Origin: Octopus vulgaris | Lineage: Eukaryota | Reading direction: 5' to 3' | NCBI GenBank assembly: GCA_951406725.2 | Contig: OX597814.1 | Span: 173,724,001-173,788,000 of the forward strand | DNA: 64,000 nt | Program-made: the position numbers and the translations under genes | Notes under the pieces: generated by a model | Databases searched by the model: none | Told to the model about the DNA's origin: nothing | The model's input: only the letters and a program-made list of their open reading frames with translations | Shown here: in pieces, positions 36,830 through 51,585 of the stretch | How the letters are laid out: every line of letters starts with the position of its first letter | Position numbering within the stretch: position 1 is the first letter of the stretch

Positions 36830-37324
36830 TTCTTCTTCTTCCAATCAGGACTCACGCCATTTGCCACAAAGAATAATCTCTAATTCGAGCCTTCTCTAAG
36901 CTACTAAGAATGCATGTGGCAACTTGAAGATCCACCCACCACACGCGATAGACTGGGGGTTGTACGGGCGCGAAAGCCACGTTGTTATCCTCATTCCGTA
37001 AACGGTGGCTTTTTAACGGGTGGAGAGCTGAACCATCCTGGGTTACAGAGGATTCGCAATCTAGACTAGGGTTTGAAAGTTTACCACACCATAGTGGGTT
37101 ACACCATGGTTCCTCTGCTTTGTAGCAGATGTAGGAAGAAAGAGTGAGAGAAAGTTGTACTGAAAGAGTACAGCTAGGTTCACCAGTACTCCCTCCTCCA
37201 CCGGAGCCTCGTGGAGCTTAAGTGTTTTTGCTCAATAAACACTCACAATGCCCAGTCTGGGAATCGAAACCTCGCTCTTACGACCGTGTGTCTGCTGCCC
37301 TAATCACTGGGCCATTGCGCCTCC
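36830..37324 (-). mobile_element. SINE family C, tail type ii
   Basis: Reverse complement of 27665-28143. Confidence 0.8.
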
Positions 37325-38086
37325 ACTGCTATTGCTGCTGTTGTTGTTGTTGTTGTTGTTGTTGTTGTCGCCGTCGACGTTGCTGCTGCTGCTACTGCTG
37401 TTGTTGTTGTTGTTAAGCAGCAAGACGGGTAAGGGTGATTAGGTGATGGTCTAGGGCTTAGGGGCGGGAGACCCCAGACCTTAGAAAAAAAAATCTTTGG
37501 TCGTTTTCTTGTAGTCGATGGCTCTAAAGTTGACGCCCGACACCACTGGGAGGTGGCCCTCGAAGTCGCTGGAAATGGAGATCTCCAGGTCCAGATTCTT
37601 GAACGGCTGCTGCTGCTATTGGTGTCGTTGTTGTAGTTGTTGTTGTTGCCGCTGATGATGATACAGATGATGCTGGTGCTACTGTTGAACCCTGACCCAC
37701 TGACTGAGTAGACTTATGATCAAAGCTATTCTAGTGATGCCCATTCCGTTATTTTAGAAGTGCATCTTATTACACACGTTCCTCCAAAAAATATAGTAAA
37801 GTTTAATAGAATTCGACAAATATTTGGCAAGTCGAACCTGCGCATAGAACAGATGTACTCATTCGTTGACTCGGCTCGAAGAATCATTTTGTTTTGGCGC
37901 AAGACCGAATTAAGAGTGCTACTTTGGCGTGTGATCTATAACTTCAAGGGCGATTACTTTAGGTAATCATTCGTTGACTCGGCTCGAAGAATCATTTTGT
38001 TTAGGTGGTGGTGGTGGTGGTGGTGACGACGACGACGACAACGATCGCTACAACCACATCTACCATGACCACGATGACGACGACGG

Positions 38087-38118
<32 letters not shown>

Positions 38119-38486
38119 GGGAGGATGGGGAGATTGGGGAGGGGGAGGAGGGTGGAAGTGGAGGAGGAGGATGTGGAGGAGGAAGAAGACGGCGACAGCG
38201 ACAACGACGCCCACAACCACACACCCCGAGCACAACGATAACTACAGCGGCAGTTGTGTGGTAAGAGGGGAAGGTTCAGCAAAGGGTTAGAGGCAAGCTT
38301 TTGAAAGTAAATAAATATCCTTTTACTCATTGATAAATCAGAACGCCCGCGGTTGATAGCAGTTTGTATATCGAAAGTGATAAGGGGGAGATACAGCAGA
38401 CAGGGTAGAGAGATATCTCCAATGAACTCTGATAAAAAAAAAAGTAACGGTAAAAACAAAAATAAAAAAAATAAAATAAATAATAA

Positions 38487-38578
<92 letters not shown>

Positions 38579-38892
38579 TAATAATAAATAAATAGATAAA
38601 TATCAATAATATTGGAGAATATAAAAGTAAACACTATACTAAAATAACTTCCATTAAGGGTGAGGCTGTTCGTGGGTGGATTTTGCGGTATATATGAGTG
38701 GGTAGGTTGGTTATTCGTTCTAATGGCATTTTTTCGAAGTTGGTCTCTGCCAATTGGTAATAAGGATTAAAGGTAGAATCTGCTTTCTACTTAAAACTGA
38801 TTCCTTTATACAAGTGACACGTTGCTAGAAGAAATGTTTTACTTTTCGCTTTTTGGTTGGTTATTGTTGGGTTTTTTTTCTTTTGCTCTTAA

Positions 38893-38923
<31 letters not shown>

Positions 38924-39107
38924 CATTGGCTTTATTTTTATCAAAAAAGTGTTTCTCCTCTCAGAACGATTTTATCGTTCGGATTTTCGAGATTTTCTAG
39001 ATTACACGGATACTTGATATTATACCATTTTGTAATTGATTACTATGTGGGCGGGAGCTTACTCTGATAGCCGCATGATTCTCTTAATCCATATCTTACA
39101 CTACTCA

Positions 39108-39201
<94 letters not shown>

Positions 39202-39539
39202 TGTGTGTACGGAATGAGGCAATTGGGCGCTGCTGTATGGACGCTGACGATTTGGCACAACACACTGGACATTCAGCCTGATTTAGTGAAAGTACTTTTT
39301 GGTTGTGGAGGCAAACACAAATGTATGTGTGTGCGTGAATATCTATACAAACACGTACACACATATATATATATGTGAGTGTGTTTGGTTGTGTGTGTGT
39401 GTGTGTGTAACGTTTTGAAAAATGTAATACAACCACTTTTACGTTTGAAAAGTGAGCCGCAAGGCCAAGGTCAGTTGAATTGGTGCACGCACAAACAATA
39501 TGTAGAAAAGAAGCAGGGTCGTGGATAGACCCTGGCAAG

Positions 39540-39770
39540 TGCGGCGAGCTGGCAGAAACGTTAGCACGCCGGGCGAAATGCTTAGCGGTATTTCGTCTGC
39601 GTTACGTTGTGAGTTCAAATTCCGCCGAGGTCGACTTTGCCTTTCATCCTTTCGGGGTCGATAAATTAAGTACCAGTTACGCACTGGGGTCGATGTAATC
39701 GACTTAATACCTATGTCTGTCCTTGTTTGTCCCCTCTGTGTTTAGCCCCTTGTGGGTAATAAAGAAATAA
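39540..39770 (+). mobile_element. SINE family A (monomer)
   Basis: Family A head and body. Confidence 0.88.
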
Positions 39771-40142
39771 GTATGTTGAGAGCAATGGTAATATGGTCAG
39801 TTGAATTGGAGCATTAACGAAGTAGGTGAAGTGAAAAATATTTCGGGTGTTATCTGACAAGACCGTTGAGAAAAATTTAAAACGAAAGGAGAGAGGTTGC
39901 AGCAAAACTGTTAAGAGGAATCAAAACAAAAAACATTGTTGGGTCTAGGAAGGGTCGTATTGCCTTAAATTTGTTTGAGTCATAAATAAATGAGTTTAAA
40001 GAAATTAATTGGTAGGTTGTAAGCAGAAGAAATTTAGAGAGAATGGAAACATAAAAATGATGAGAGAACTATCATATGTATTAAAGTGTTACAACAAATG
40101 TATACTTATTTCAAAATAATATTTCTCTACATATATACATGT

Positions 40143-40658
40143 GGAGGCGCGTGACTTAGTGGTTAGGGTGTCAGCACCATGATCGAAAGATTGTGGTTTC
40201 GATTCCTGGACCGGGCGACGCATTGTGTTCTTTAGCAAAACACTTCATTTCACGTTGCTCCAGTCCACTCAGCTGGCAAAAATGAGTAACGCTGCGATGG
40301 ACTGGCGTCCCGTCCAGCTGGGGAACACATACGCCATAGAAACTGGGCCCATGAGTCTGGCTAGGCTTTAAAAGGGCGCATTTATTTTAAAATGGAGGCG
40401 CGTGGCTTAGTGGTTAGGGTGTTAGCACCATGATCGTAAGACTGTGGTTTCGATTCCTGGACCGGGCGATGCATTGTGTTCTTGAGCAAAACACTTCATT
40501 TCACGTTGCTCCAGTCCACTTGGCTGGCAAAAATGAATAACGCTGCGATGGACTGACGTCCCGTCCAGCTGGGGAACACATACGCCATAGAAACCGAGAA
40601 ACCGGGCCCATGAGCCCGGCTAGGCTTTAAAAGGGCGTATTTATTATTTTATATTTTA
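40143..40658 (+). mobile_element. Two tandem SINE D-related copies (CORE-like + V-domain-like blocks)
   Basis: Heads at 40143 and 40394; TTGTGTTCTTGAGCAAAACACTT and CTGCGATGGACTGGCGTCCCGTCCAG blocks. Confidence 0.82.
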
Positions 40659-41475
40659 TATGTATGCATAATGTGTATCTAATGTTTAAAATTGGAAAAA
40701 ATTACCGGAGCTTCCGTAGAGACAGAGTTACAAGCCGCATCTCGAAATTAGTAACTATCGTTTATGATTTTCATAAGAGCGGGATTCCGTAACTATAGTT
40801 TCCGAAAGGCGAAGGATACTTTTATTTAATAAGCCTGCAGACAAACATATCGACTTGTTCAGTCTCTCCAGTACAAGTTTTGTTGGTCTTATATTTAAAG
40901 GAAAATTATATTTGCATTATCAAAATTTATGATGTTCAGTTCAAGAAGCCAGAATCGTGTGTAGTTTTAGAAACCAGTTAAGATGGGGTGTGAAAAGATG
41001 TAAGGATGCAAAGAGTGCTTATTCCTTTACCCAAAGACAAAGAAGTTCACCAGAAGCTCAAAAATTAGATTACATGTCTCTTCTATGCAGCAGTAGAAAT
41101 CTTTTCTGGCTTTTTGAACTAAACACCATAATTTTTGATAATACGAATATAAGATCAGTGTGAACTGCAGTGAAGAGACTGAGAGATTCTTAAGAGATTT
41201 CTAAAACTACACACTGTTCTGACTTTCTGAACCGAACACCATAATTTTTGATAATACAAGTATAAATTACCTTGAGATATAAAACCGGCGATAGTTGTAC
41301 TGAAGAGATTTAATTCGTTGAAACATACACCTGCAGATTTATTAAATTCATATCGTAGATTAGATTAATCTTGTCGTTATTTATTTTTCAACTTATAGAA
41401 AAATAATTCAGAGGAAAAAAAATTATCTCCTTCTCACCATTATGTCTCTGTCTGCCTGCCTCTCCCTCTCTCCTT

Positions 41476-41629
<154 letters not shown>

Positions 41630-41981
41630 TTTCCGCTTCCCACGGCAAGTTCACTGTACTCATTTTAGTGATTTTATTACATAATAATACGTCTTGCGAA
41701 CGCAAGCCAACACCAGCCTCTCCGGTGTCCGTTTGATCATATACATATGTGTGTATGTGAGTGCGTGAATGTATGTGTGTCTGTATGGTGTGTGTATGTG
41801 TGGTGTGTGTCTGTGTGTCTGTGCAGGTACGTTCAATGGTTATGTCTTAATATTCGATGGAATGCGCATGTATACTTTCACAAATTTACCTGTAATCGTA
41901 CACTGACACGTGTATGAATGTATGTATGTATGTATCTATGTAGACATGCATTCGTCTGTGTATGTATGAGTGTGTATGTAG

Positions 41982-42053
<72 letters not shown>

Positions 42054-42501
42054 CTGTCTCTATGCGTGCATCTATGTTAGTGTGTATATATGAATACGTC
42101 GGCATATTTATACTCCGATGGATGCAAATATGTAAGTTTGTCAGTGATGCTCGTTTGCAAATTTTTTCATTTGTAACTATGCTCGCTAACATTTATACTT
42201 ATCTATCTACATATCTACACATTGATTTATAGAATTGCTCTTGTACGTATGTATGTAGGTAGGTAGGTAGGTAGGTAGGTAGGTATGCATATATGTATGC
42301 ATGTATGTATGTATGTATGTATGTATGTATGTATGTATGTGTGTATGCATGTATGTATGTATGCATGTATGTACGAACGTATGTGTGTATGCATGTATGT
42401 ACGAACGTATGTATGTACATACGTACGTATGAATGTATTATGTATATACTTACGTATGTATGTATGTATGTATGTATGTAAGTATGTACGCATGTATATA
42501 T

Positions 42502-42835
42502 GAAGGCGTATGACTCAGTGGTTAGAGCGTAGAGCTTATGATCGTGAGGTTGTGAGTTCGATTCCCGGACCGGGCTGCGTGTTGTGTTCTTGAGCAAGAC
42601 ACTTTATTTCACGTAGCTCCAGTTCACTCAGCTGTAGAAATGAGTTGCAACATCACTGGTGCCAAGCTGTATCGGCCTTTGTCTTTCCCTTGGATAACAT
42701 CAGTGGTGTGGAGAGGGAAGGCTGGTATGCATGGGCAACTGCTGGCCTTCCACAGACAACCTTGCCTGGACTTGTGCCTCGAAGGGTAATTTTCTAGATG
42801 CAATTCCATGGTCATTCATGACCGAAGGGGGTCTC
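42502..42835 (+). mobile_element. SINE family D (intact)
   Basis: tRNA head with A and B boxes, CORE-like block, tail ...ATGACCGAAGGGGGTCT. Confidence 0.85.
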
Positions 42836-43683
42836 CTCCATGCATGTATATATGTACGTATGCATGCATGCATGCATTTATATATGTATGTTATTTAGTT
42901 TCGTTTCTAGATTCCTTGCCAATGGAGAAAGAGGTGGTCTCTAACCCAGGTCCAAGACTCCTTCATTGGAGTTTTGACAGCATTAACAGGGTAGTTGTGT
43001 ATGTATGCATGAATATGCGCGAGTATTTGGAGCCAGCGCATGTGCTGATCTTTATGTTTTGAGTTTCGTATGTATACACATAAAATGTAGTTGCATATCC
43101 AGGCATGTGCATAAGTATCTATATGCTAAACTCTTGGGAAGTGCATGCGTGCATGGATTCGTAGATCCCTGTGTGTGTATAAGTATGTTTTTATTCTTCG
43201 TGATTTATGTTTTTCTCTTTGTAGAACTCAAAGCCAGTGACCAACAAAGTAGAACTCAAGGCAATCATTAAGAAAGCGACAAGTCAAAACAGTTCATGGA
43301 GGTCGTGACTATCTGAATTGAATAATGTATGAATATATGTATGTGCATGTGTATAAGATTTTTTTTTTTTTGCTATCGTGTAGTGCGTGCGCATGTTACT
43401 TTAGTATACAAGTAAGGGTGCTTCATCACTGTTTATGCACATATAAGTATATTCCATGTATGTATATGATCGTGCGCATGTGTTCATGCCAGAAACCTAA
43501 GATAGTGAATCGCCGGAATGTTTTACAAATTCTCGCTATTCTTCTAATTGATTGTATTTGGAAGATGCGAATCAGTTTGTTCTGTTCTTTTTTTTGTTTT
43601 GTTTTTTGGGGAGAACGCCAGCATTTTTAGGTTCTTTTTCAGATTTGTTATTATGTAGCTCAATGCGCAAGACCGAATTAAGA

Positions 43684-44053
43684 GTGCTACTTTGGCGTGT
43701 GATCTTATAACTTCAAGGGCAATTACTTTAGGTTAGTTTTTTGGTTTCTTTACATTGTAAAACTAGCAGCTGCCTAACTTGTGCGATCTACGCGCTTATT
43801 CTAAATATTATGCTGTTTATTCTTGGTTTGTTATTATTGTTTACCAAGACTTAAATGAAACATGGTTTTATTATTATTAAAATAGTAAGAATTTTGAAAA
43901 GATACATTTACAATGCTTAGTATGAACAAACGAATTTATTGTATAAAAAAATCTTTAGCCAACAGTTAAGGGTTTTTAGAAATTGAAAAGTAAACTAAAA
44001 CGTAACTTAAAGTAATCGCCCTTTAGGTTGTAGATCACACACCAAAGTAGCAC
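43684..44053. mobile_element. Mutator-like MITE
   Basis: ~50-bp imperfect TIRs starting GTGCTACTTTGG / CCAAAGTAGCAC; 10-bp TSD CGAATTAAGA at 43674-43683 and 44054-44063. Confidence 0.8.
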
Positions 44054-45029
44054 CGAATTAAGATTCATAGAGGCCCTAAGGACTTAAAAGATTTTGGTGC
44101 CTCCATATATATTTAATTCAAATTACAAACGATGATGAACCATAAAAGAAATTTTTATTGTTCAAAATGAAACAAAACGTAAGATAGAAAATAATGTTTA
44201 TTTTAGTATACTTCCACTTATTTATATTTGAAAAGTTTTCTCCAACTTTTTATAATTGCAAATTCTTTGATCAGATCCTCACTATGACACAAAGTCTATG
44301 ATTAGATCCTCACATGAACGCTTCAAAATTATACTTCCGATTATATAAGCCACTTCGAATTTTATTTTAGCAAATTTAAATTGATTTCTTTTGTGTCGTA
44401 AGCCATTTATCATTTCTGTGATAAACCCCTTTCCCTTGATATCTTAAACAAGTGCTTATTTTGCTTAATGGTTAATCCAGCACTTCATCTATTGTAATAA
44501 GTACAACTGAAAATCTACAGCCTGGATATAATTTTTGACGAGACAATCGCGCGACAACTGATCCTTACAACGCTACACGACTTTTACTCCCTGTTCCATA
44601 GAACAATATCTGGCCTGTTGTGCTTACATTAGGTTGTTGCTTTTAATGAAATATTCTCCCACCATTTTTTTTAATGTGGATACATTCTGGTTGTGGCGTA
44701 CTTTTGGCATGACCACCAGGCCAGTCTTTCATGCATACATAAATATATGTATGCTTATAAATGTATGCATATATATGAATGCATGCATACACGTACGAAT
44801 GTATCATTGTAGCCCTGTATATATGTATATATATCCTGCATGTATTTGTATTAAGACCTTCTTTATTCATTTTTGTTTTAGCGTAAACTTATTTGCAATC
44901 CCCGCTCTGCTACATAAAACTTATATCTACTCGTTCAATATTAACTGTTCTTTTTCTCATTATACAACCTTGAAATTAGCCTTATACATCTTTATGGCTA
45001 AAAACACCCTTTCCAATTAGCTACTAAAA

Positions 45030-45690
45030 ACTGGTACTCCGTCGGTTACGACAACGGGAGCTCTAGTTGATCCGATCAACAGAACAGCCTGCTCGTGAAA
45101 TTAAAGTGCAAGTAGCTGAGCACTCCACAGACACGTGTACCCTTAACTTAGTTCTCAAGGAGATTTGGCGTGACAGGTTCTACTCATTTTTACCAGCTGA
45201 GTAGATTGGAGCAACGTGAAATAAAGTGTCATGCTCAATGACACAATGCGTCGCTGGGAATTGAACTCACGATCTTACGATCATGATCCGAACACCCTAA
45301 CCACTAAGCTACGCGCCTTCTCACACTGACGTTAACAAGGACAGAACAACACTCACATGTTAAACTAAACGAGATTCTTTACAGTTAACAACGCTTATTG
45401 TTGCGCCTAATCGAACTGCCTTATGAACCTTTAAGGATAAAGGACAAAGATCCTTCCCGAACCATATAGACTCATTGAGTCGGTTTCCCGATTTCCGTGG
45501 CATATATATTCCCCACATAGACGGGGCGCCAGTCGGTCGCAGGATTACTCATTTTTGCCAGCTGGGTGGATTGGAGCAACGTGATATGAAGTGTTTTGCT
45601 CAAGAACACAATGCGTCGCTCGGTCCAGGAATCGAAACTATAATTTTATGATCATGAGTTCAACGCCCAAACTACTAAGCTACGTACCTT
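45030..45690 (-). mobile_element. Two SINE D-related copies (~45030-45320 and ~45435-45690)
   Basis: Reverse complement of the 40143-type head and CORE-like block, with different tails. Confidence 0.7.
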
Positions 45691-45913
45691 ATCTTTAATC
45701 TGGTCTATATTTATCTAATATCCGTAATTCCACAATTTTGTCTTAATTTTTATATCTTTAACTAGAACGAACTTCTGTAAATAGTAGCCTGATGTCCACA
45801 CCGCACCCCTAAGTTACAATCTGATTTACCACCCTTCTACTTTCCTATATCTAAATGAAGCATAACGTCATCTTTTTAAACTTCCGGAATTCTCCTTTCC
45901 CGAGTGTGTAAGT

Positions 45914-45969
<56 letters not shown>

Positions 45970-45980
45970 ATGCATGTATG

Positions 45981-46067
<87 letters not shown>

Positions 46068-46115
46068 AGAGAGAAAGACAAACATACATATATATATATG
46101 TATACACATACACAG

Positions 46116-46158
<43 letters not shown>

Positions 46159-46976
46159 CTTCTTTAATTGCTGTTTTTTCCGTTAAAAATTACCTTTTTA
46201 CTACCTTCACAAGATAAGTCCACATTCCTTTTACATTACCCTATTTTAAATTCCCTTAAGTTAATTATATCCTTCATTTACTTTCGCATCTTAATTTTAT
46301 TACATTTCAACCATTTGTTAAACATTGTAACACCTCTGCACATTTACCCCGTTCTTAAACTTTCAGTCATTACCACCTTTCCTTCGATAAAACAACCTCT
46401 CATTTATTGGTCTGTTAATGGCTTTGACCATTAAAACAATTACCTTACATTAAATCAATTACCTTACGATTGTGATTTTGTGATAAGATAAATCGACAAT
46501 CTTATGAAGTTTCATAAAGTATGACTTAAACTTCAAGTAATGCAATCACACTCTTAAGTTATCATTACCACGTATGTCATATTCTTTCCAAACCAACTAA
46601 CAATTTTGAATTAATTCTCATGATGATTTCATTTAGCCGGTCTACGTCATTCATTATCCTTTTTATTTTAACCACTGCATTCTTATAAACCAAAATGAGA
46701 CGGCTGGGTATTGACGATTTGGCACGACTGACTGGACATCCAACCTGTTATGGCGACAGTACTTTTTGGTACTAAAGACAAACACACACACACACACACA
46801 CACACAGAGGGAGGGAAGGGGACAATGAGAGAAATATAAAAACGACTAATGTCAAATCACTCAGTGGAGCCAAAACGGCTGTGCCAGAATCTCTCATACC
46901 CTTATAGACAGTTCCGTCCAGATTTTCCAAATATGGGGCTATTTTATGACCATTTATATTTCTGGAGAGTAGTTGT

Positions 46977-47206
46977 CTATTTCTTTACTACCCACAAGGG
47001 GCTAAACACAGAGAGGACAAATGACAGACAAACGGATTAAGTCGATTATATCGACCCTAGTGCGTAATTGGTACTTAATTTATCGACCCCCGAAAGGATG
47101 AAAGGCAAAGTCGACCTCGGCGGAATTTGAACTCAGAACGTAACGGCAGACGAAATACGGTTACGCATTTCGCCCGGCGTGCTAACGATTCTGCCAGCTC
47201 ACCGCC
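46977..47206 (-). mobile_element. SINE family A
   Basis: Reverse-complement copy. Confidence 0.88.
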
Positions 47207-47848
47207 TTAACCAGCTCATCGCCTTCTGGAGAGGAGTTGCCTGCCACAAAGTATTTACGAAAAAAGATGGAAGAAAGTGGCATATATGTTGAGAGTGGAT
47301 ATGCCATGTTGAGAGTGAGGAGATAAAGGTTCTTCAAAGGATTCAGTGGTGGAGTGTGGTCTTTGGGGTCATGCCCGTCCATAACTCCAATTTAATCATT
47401 CGCTATTTTATAATCATAAATTTTTAACCGTTCATATCATTCGTAGGCGAATCATTTATGGTTAAATAAAAATTCATTCGTGTCCCTCGCATTTTGAGTT
47501 GGTTTCGTCTATTCTTGCTGGATTGCTGTACAGGTTAAGCTGTGAGTTTTGAATTGTTGGTGTGGTTGTTGTTGTTGTTATAAATAATTTCTTCTACTGC
47601 GTTGTCGCAGACTGTTGACATTTGCCCACCTCATTGAAGGGGGAAACTGCTTTTGTTCTTTAAATTTATGTCTAAAATGAGTAATTCCTCAAAAGAGGAA
47701 AGCGGATAGATTCGTAAGAATCTTGGAGGAGAAATTATTCAATACCTGTCCTTATTTTCTTTGTATCATCTTTCTATTCTGGATGTTTTGTTGTCCCCTT
47801 TTTGTATCACCTAGTTGCCCGGATGTTTTGCGTTCTTGTCCCATTTTG

Positions 47849-47900
<52 letters not shown>

Positions 47901-48315
47901 GGAGAGAGAGGGAGAGAGAGGAGGGGAGAGAGAACATTAAAAATAACAAATAACAGAACAACAAAGGGACGTTCATATGAAATATATTTGCTTGACACTC
48001 AGTAAAGGTGTAAAAAAGAGTGGTTTTCTTACTTTTCGAGCATAGCTCTTCGTCAAAAAGAGGAGCAATAAGAGGCCTGGGAATGGAAAAATATTCAAGA
48101 AAAACATGTGTGGTTACATGAACGCTAGTGGTGTAAACATTATCGACCGCTCATACTCAGTGTATGTGTGTTGCTTGTTCCCCAGTGCGCTGCGACTTAA
48201 CGCCGTGGGGATAGTATGTGTATGTGTTATATTTATATGCGCAAACATAAATTATATTAATAAAATATATGATGGACAGACGGTTGTTCATGGTATCAAA
48301 TACATTTTTTTTAAA

Positions 48316-48716
48316 GGCGTAGGAGAGGCTGTGTGGTAAGTAGCTTGCTTACCAACCACATGGTTCCGGGTTCAGTCCCACCGCGTGGCACCTTGGGCAA
48401 GTGTCTTCTGCTATAGGCTCGGGCCGACCAAAGCCTTGTGAATGGATTTGGTAGACGGAATCTGAAAGAAGCCCGTCGTATATATGTATATATATATGTT
48501 TGTGTGTCTGTGTTTGTCCCCCCAACATCTCTTGACAACCAATGAAGGTGTGTTTACGTCCCCGTAACTTAGCGGTTCGGCAAAAGAGACTGATAGAATA
48601 AGTACTAGGCTTACAAAGAATAAATCCTGGGGTCGATTTTGTCGACCAAAGGCGGTGCTCCAGCATGGCCACAGTCAAATGACTGAAACAAGTAAAAGAG
48701 TAAAAGAGTAAAAGAG
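48316..48716 (+). mobile_element. SINE family B
   Basis: Full-length copy with (GTAAAAGA)n tail. Confidence 0.88.
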
Positions 48717-49428
48717 AAGTATAAGAATATTTCAAGCATTATACCCACAGAAGTATAAGAATATTTCAAAAACTGGAAAACGGAAGTTCATGGTATTTCT
48801 TTAACACATATAAGTTCCAAAGCATAAACTTCCGAGCAACTGTCAAATATACTGCGTTCAAATCTCTATGGGAAATCAAATCGTCTTTTCCTCAAGAAAA
48901 TAACAGTAATTTGTCATTAAGCCAGTTCAGAATTCATGCAGAAGACAATAAAACGAGTATTGTCAGAGCTACTTGTGCTTTGCTGCACATAGAAGATTAA
49001 GGGTATTTATAAACATCCCTAAAAAGAAGCAGATAATTTTTTTTAGAGCTTAGTCAACAGAGGGAAAGCAGTGTATGTAATATTTTGAGCAACAATTCTC
49101 AGATTGGTGCAAAAAGAGGCAAGAAAAAAAAACAGTGTCTCTTGGGTTACAGTAGAATCAAGCAGAAAATATTATCCATTTGTTCTCAAACCGGAGATCT
49201 AGTCCGAATACTTCCAACAGAATAGACTCTGCTAAAAACACCGAAACGTGGTATGATGGTGTTAAATTGCAAGAGGGATTAAAATTTTTTATTGGAATTT
49301 CAGAATCGTTTCCCTTGCCTTTGATAAGAATTATCATTAACGCTTCTAACTTCCTTTTTCTTTTTGAGCGCAAAACCCATACACACACACACACGCACAC
49401 AGGCACACACACACAGGCACACACACAC

Positions 49429-49474
<46 letters not shown>

Positions 49475-49674
49475 CTATATATATATACATATATATATAT
49501 ACTTAACTTTCCTATCACACCGTCTCCAGTAAAGGGATGTTATTAATAAATATTCTAGAAACAGCTGTAAGACCTTTTATTTATAAATGCTCTAATATCT
49601 ATACAGCCTTGGTTTTTTATCTTATTACGCAAAAAATTCATATATATATATATATGTATGCATGTATGTATGTG

Positions 49675-49710
<36 letters not shown>

Positions 49711-49742
49711 AAGACATACATACATATATATGTGTATATATA

Positions 49743-49804
<62 letters not shown>

Positions 49805-50617
49805 CACACACACACACTTGTCGCTTGATTTGTCGTTAAGTAGGTAGCTTGCACTTAACGATATATTCTTCACGCAGAGAACATCTTTGTGAAACTTTCC
49901 TATGTCATAAGTCTAAGAAAGCCTATTTCAGAAAATAGCTCTAGAACTGTGATGTGCAACATACTTGCAAAACGTACTTTCAACATTCATCAACAAATTT
50001 TTTACATGAGTTATTTTGAAGAAACGCCTCGTAACAAGATATATTACTGACGCAGAAAAGCTGCGCTCAGAATACGAAGCAACCTTATTGTTATTCGGTG
50101 ATTAACTTTGTCTACACGTATTTACGTTTAACGCTAATTCATCCATCTGTTTACAATGGCTGTTGATTCATACATTAGCTTCTTCAAATAAGTATACATA
50201 TAGCCATTTTAAGTTCCAGCGAGAGAATCTGAAACTCAGCCAAACTGTGAAACTAAAGCCGCATATTTTTAACAGATGAAATAATAACAAGTCGAAAGCT
50301 GAAAATTGCAAATGTAAAATTTGATATGAGGTGTTTAGACATTTGAACAAAATAACATTATATAGTAGATGTTTATTTGTTGAAATTATATGCCTTGTAT
50401 CAAATGAACAGTGAAACACAAATATTTAGACATTTTAAAGTAAAAATACTAGGTACGTTGATATGGTTAACAACTCTTACTTACAATATCTTCGTCGTAT
50501 TCTGAAATTGCAGCTGAAAGAAAGAGTTGAAGGATTAGTGATAATTTCGCAATTGTCATTTATATGGCAAGCGAAACCAAGTACTTACTTCTATTTAACT
50601 GGTACTTATTTAATCTG

Positions 50618-51030
50618 TTTCTTTACTGCCCACAAGGGGCTAAACACAGAGAGGACCAACAAGGACAGACAAGCGGATTAAGTCGATTATATCAACCCCA
50701 TTGCGTAACTGGTACTTAATTTATCGACTCCGAAAGGATGAAAGGCAAAGTCGACCTCGGTGGAATTTGAACTCGGAACGTAGCGGCAGACGAAGTACCT
50801 ATTTCTTTACTACCCACAAGGGGCTAAACACAGAGAGAACAAACAAGGACCGACAAACGGATTAAGTCGATTATATCGACCTCAGTGCGTAACTGGTACT
50901 TATTTAATCGACCTCGAAAGGATGAAAGGCAAAGTCGACCTCGGTGGGATTTGAACTCGGAACGTAATGGCAGACGAAATACGGCTAAGCATTTCGCCCG
51001 GCGTGCTAACGTTTCTGCCAGCTCGCCGCC
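50618..51030 (-). mobile_element. SINE family A (dimeric body)
   Basis: Reverse-complement copy. Confidence 0.88.
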
Positions 51031-51286
51031 TTAACTGGTAGTTATATTATCGCCCCAGGAAGGATGAAAGACAAATTCGGCAGGTTTGTGAACTCAGGAG
51101 ATAAAAAATCAGAAGAAATACCGCAATGAATTATGTCCAACACCCTATTGATTCTACGAATAATAATGAATTTATTTTTAAAATAATTGTTTCTTACATA
51201 AAAATCACGCCAAAAAAATTGTGGCAAGGATGTTACTCGATAACGTCGACTCCAATATTTTATTGGTATTATATTTTTAACCGGTC

Positions 51287-51585
51287 GAGGCACATGGCCT
51301 AGTGGTTAGAGCAGCGGACTCGCGGTCGAGGGATCGCGGGTTCGAATCTCAGACCGGGCGATGTGTGTGTTTATGAGCGAAACACCCAAACTCCACGCAG
51401 CTCCGGCAGAAGGTAATGGCGAACTTTTGCTGACTCTTTCGCCACAACTATCTCTCACTCTTTCTTCCTGCATCTTGCAGCTCACCTACGACGGATCGAC
51501 GTCCCGTCCAGGTGGGGAACCTATACGCCAAGGAAACCGAGAAACCGGCCCTTACGAGCTAGGCATGGCTTGAGAAGGAACAAAC
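51287..51585 (+). mobile_element. SINE family C, tail type i
   Basis: Matches 32838-33150; TSD ATATTTTTAACCG. Confidence 0.85.
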
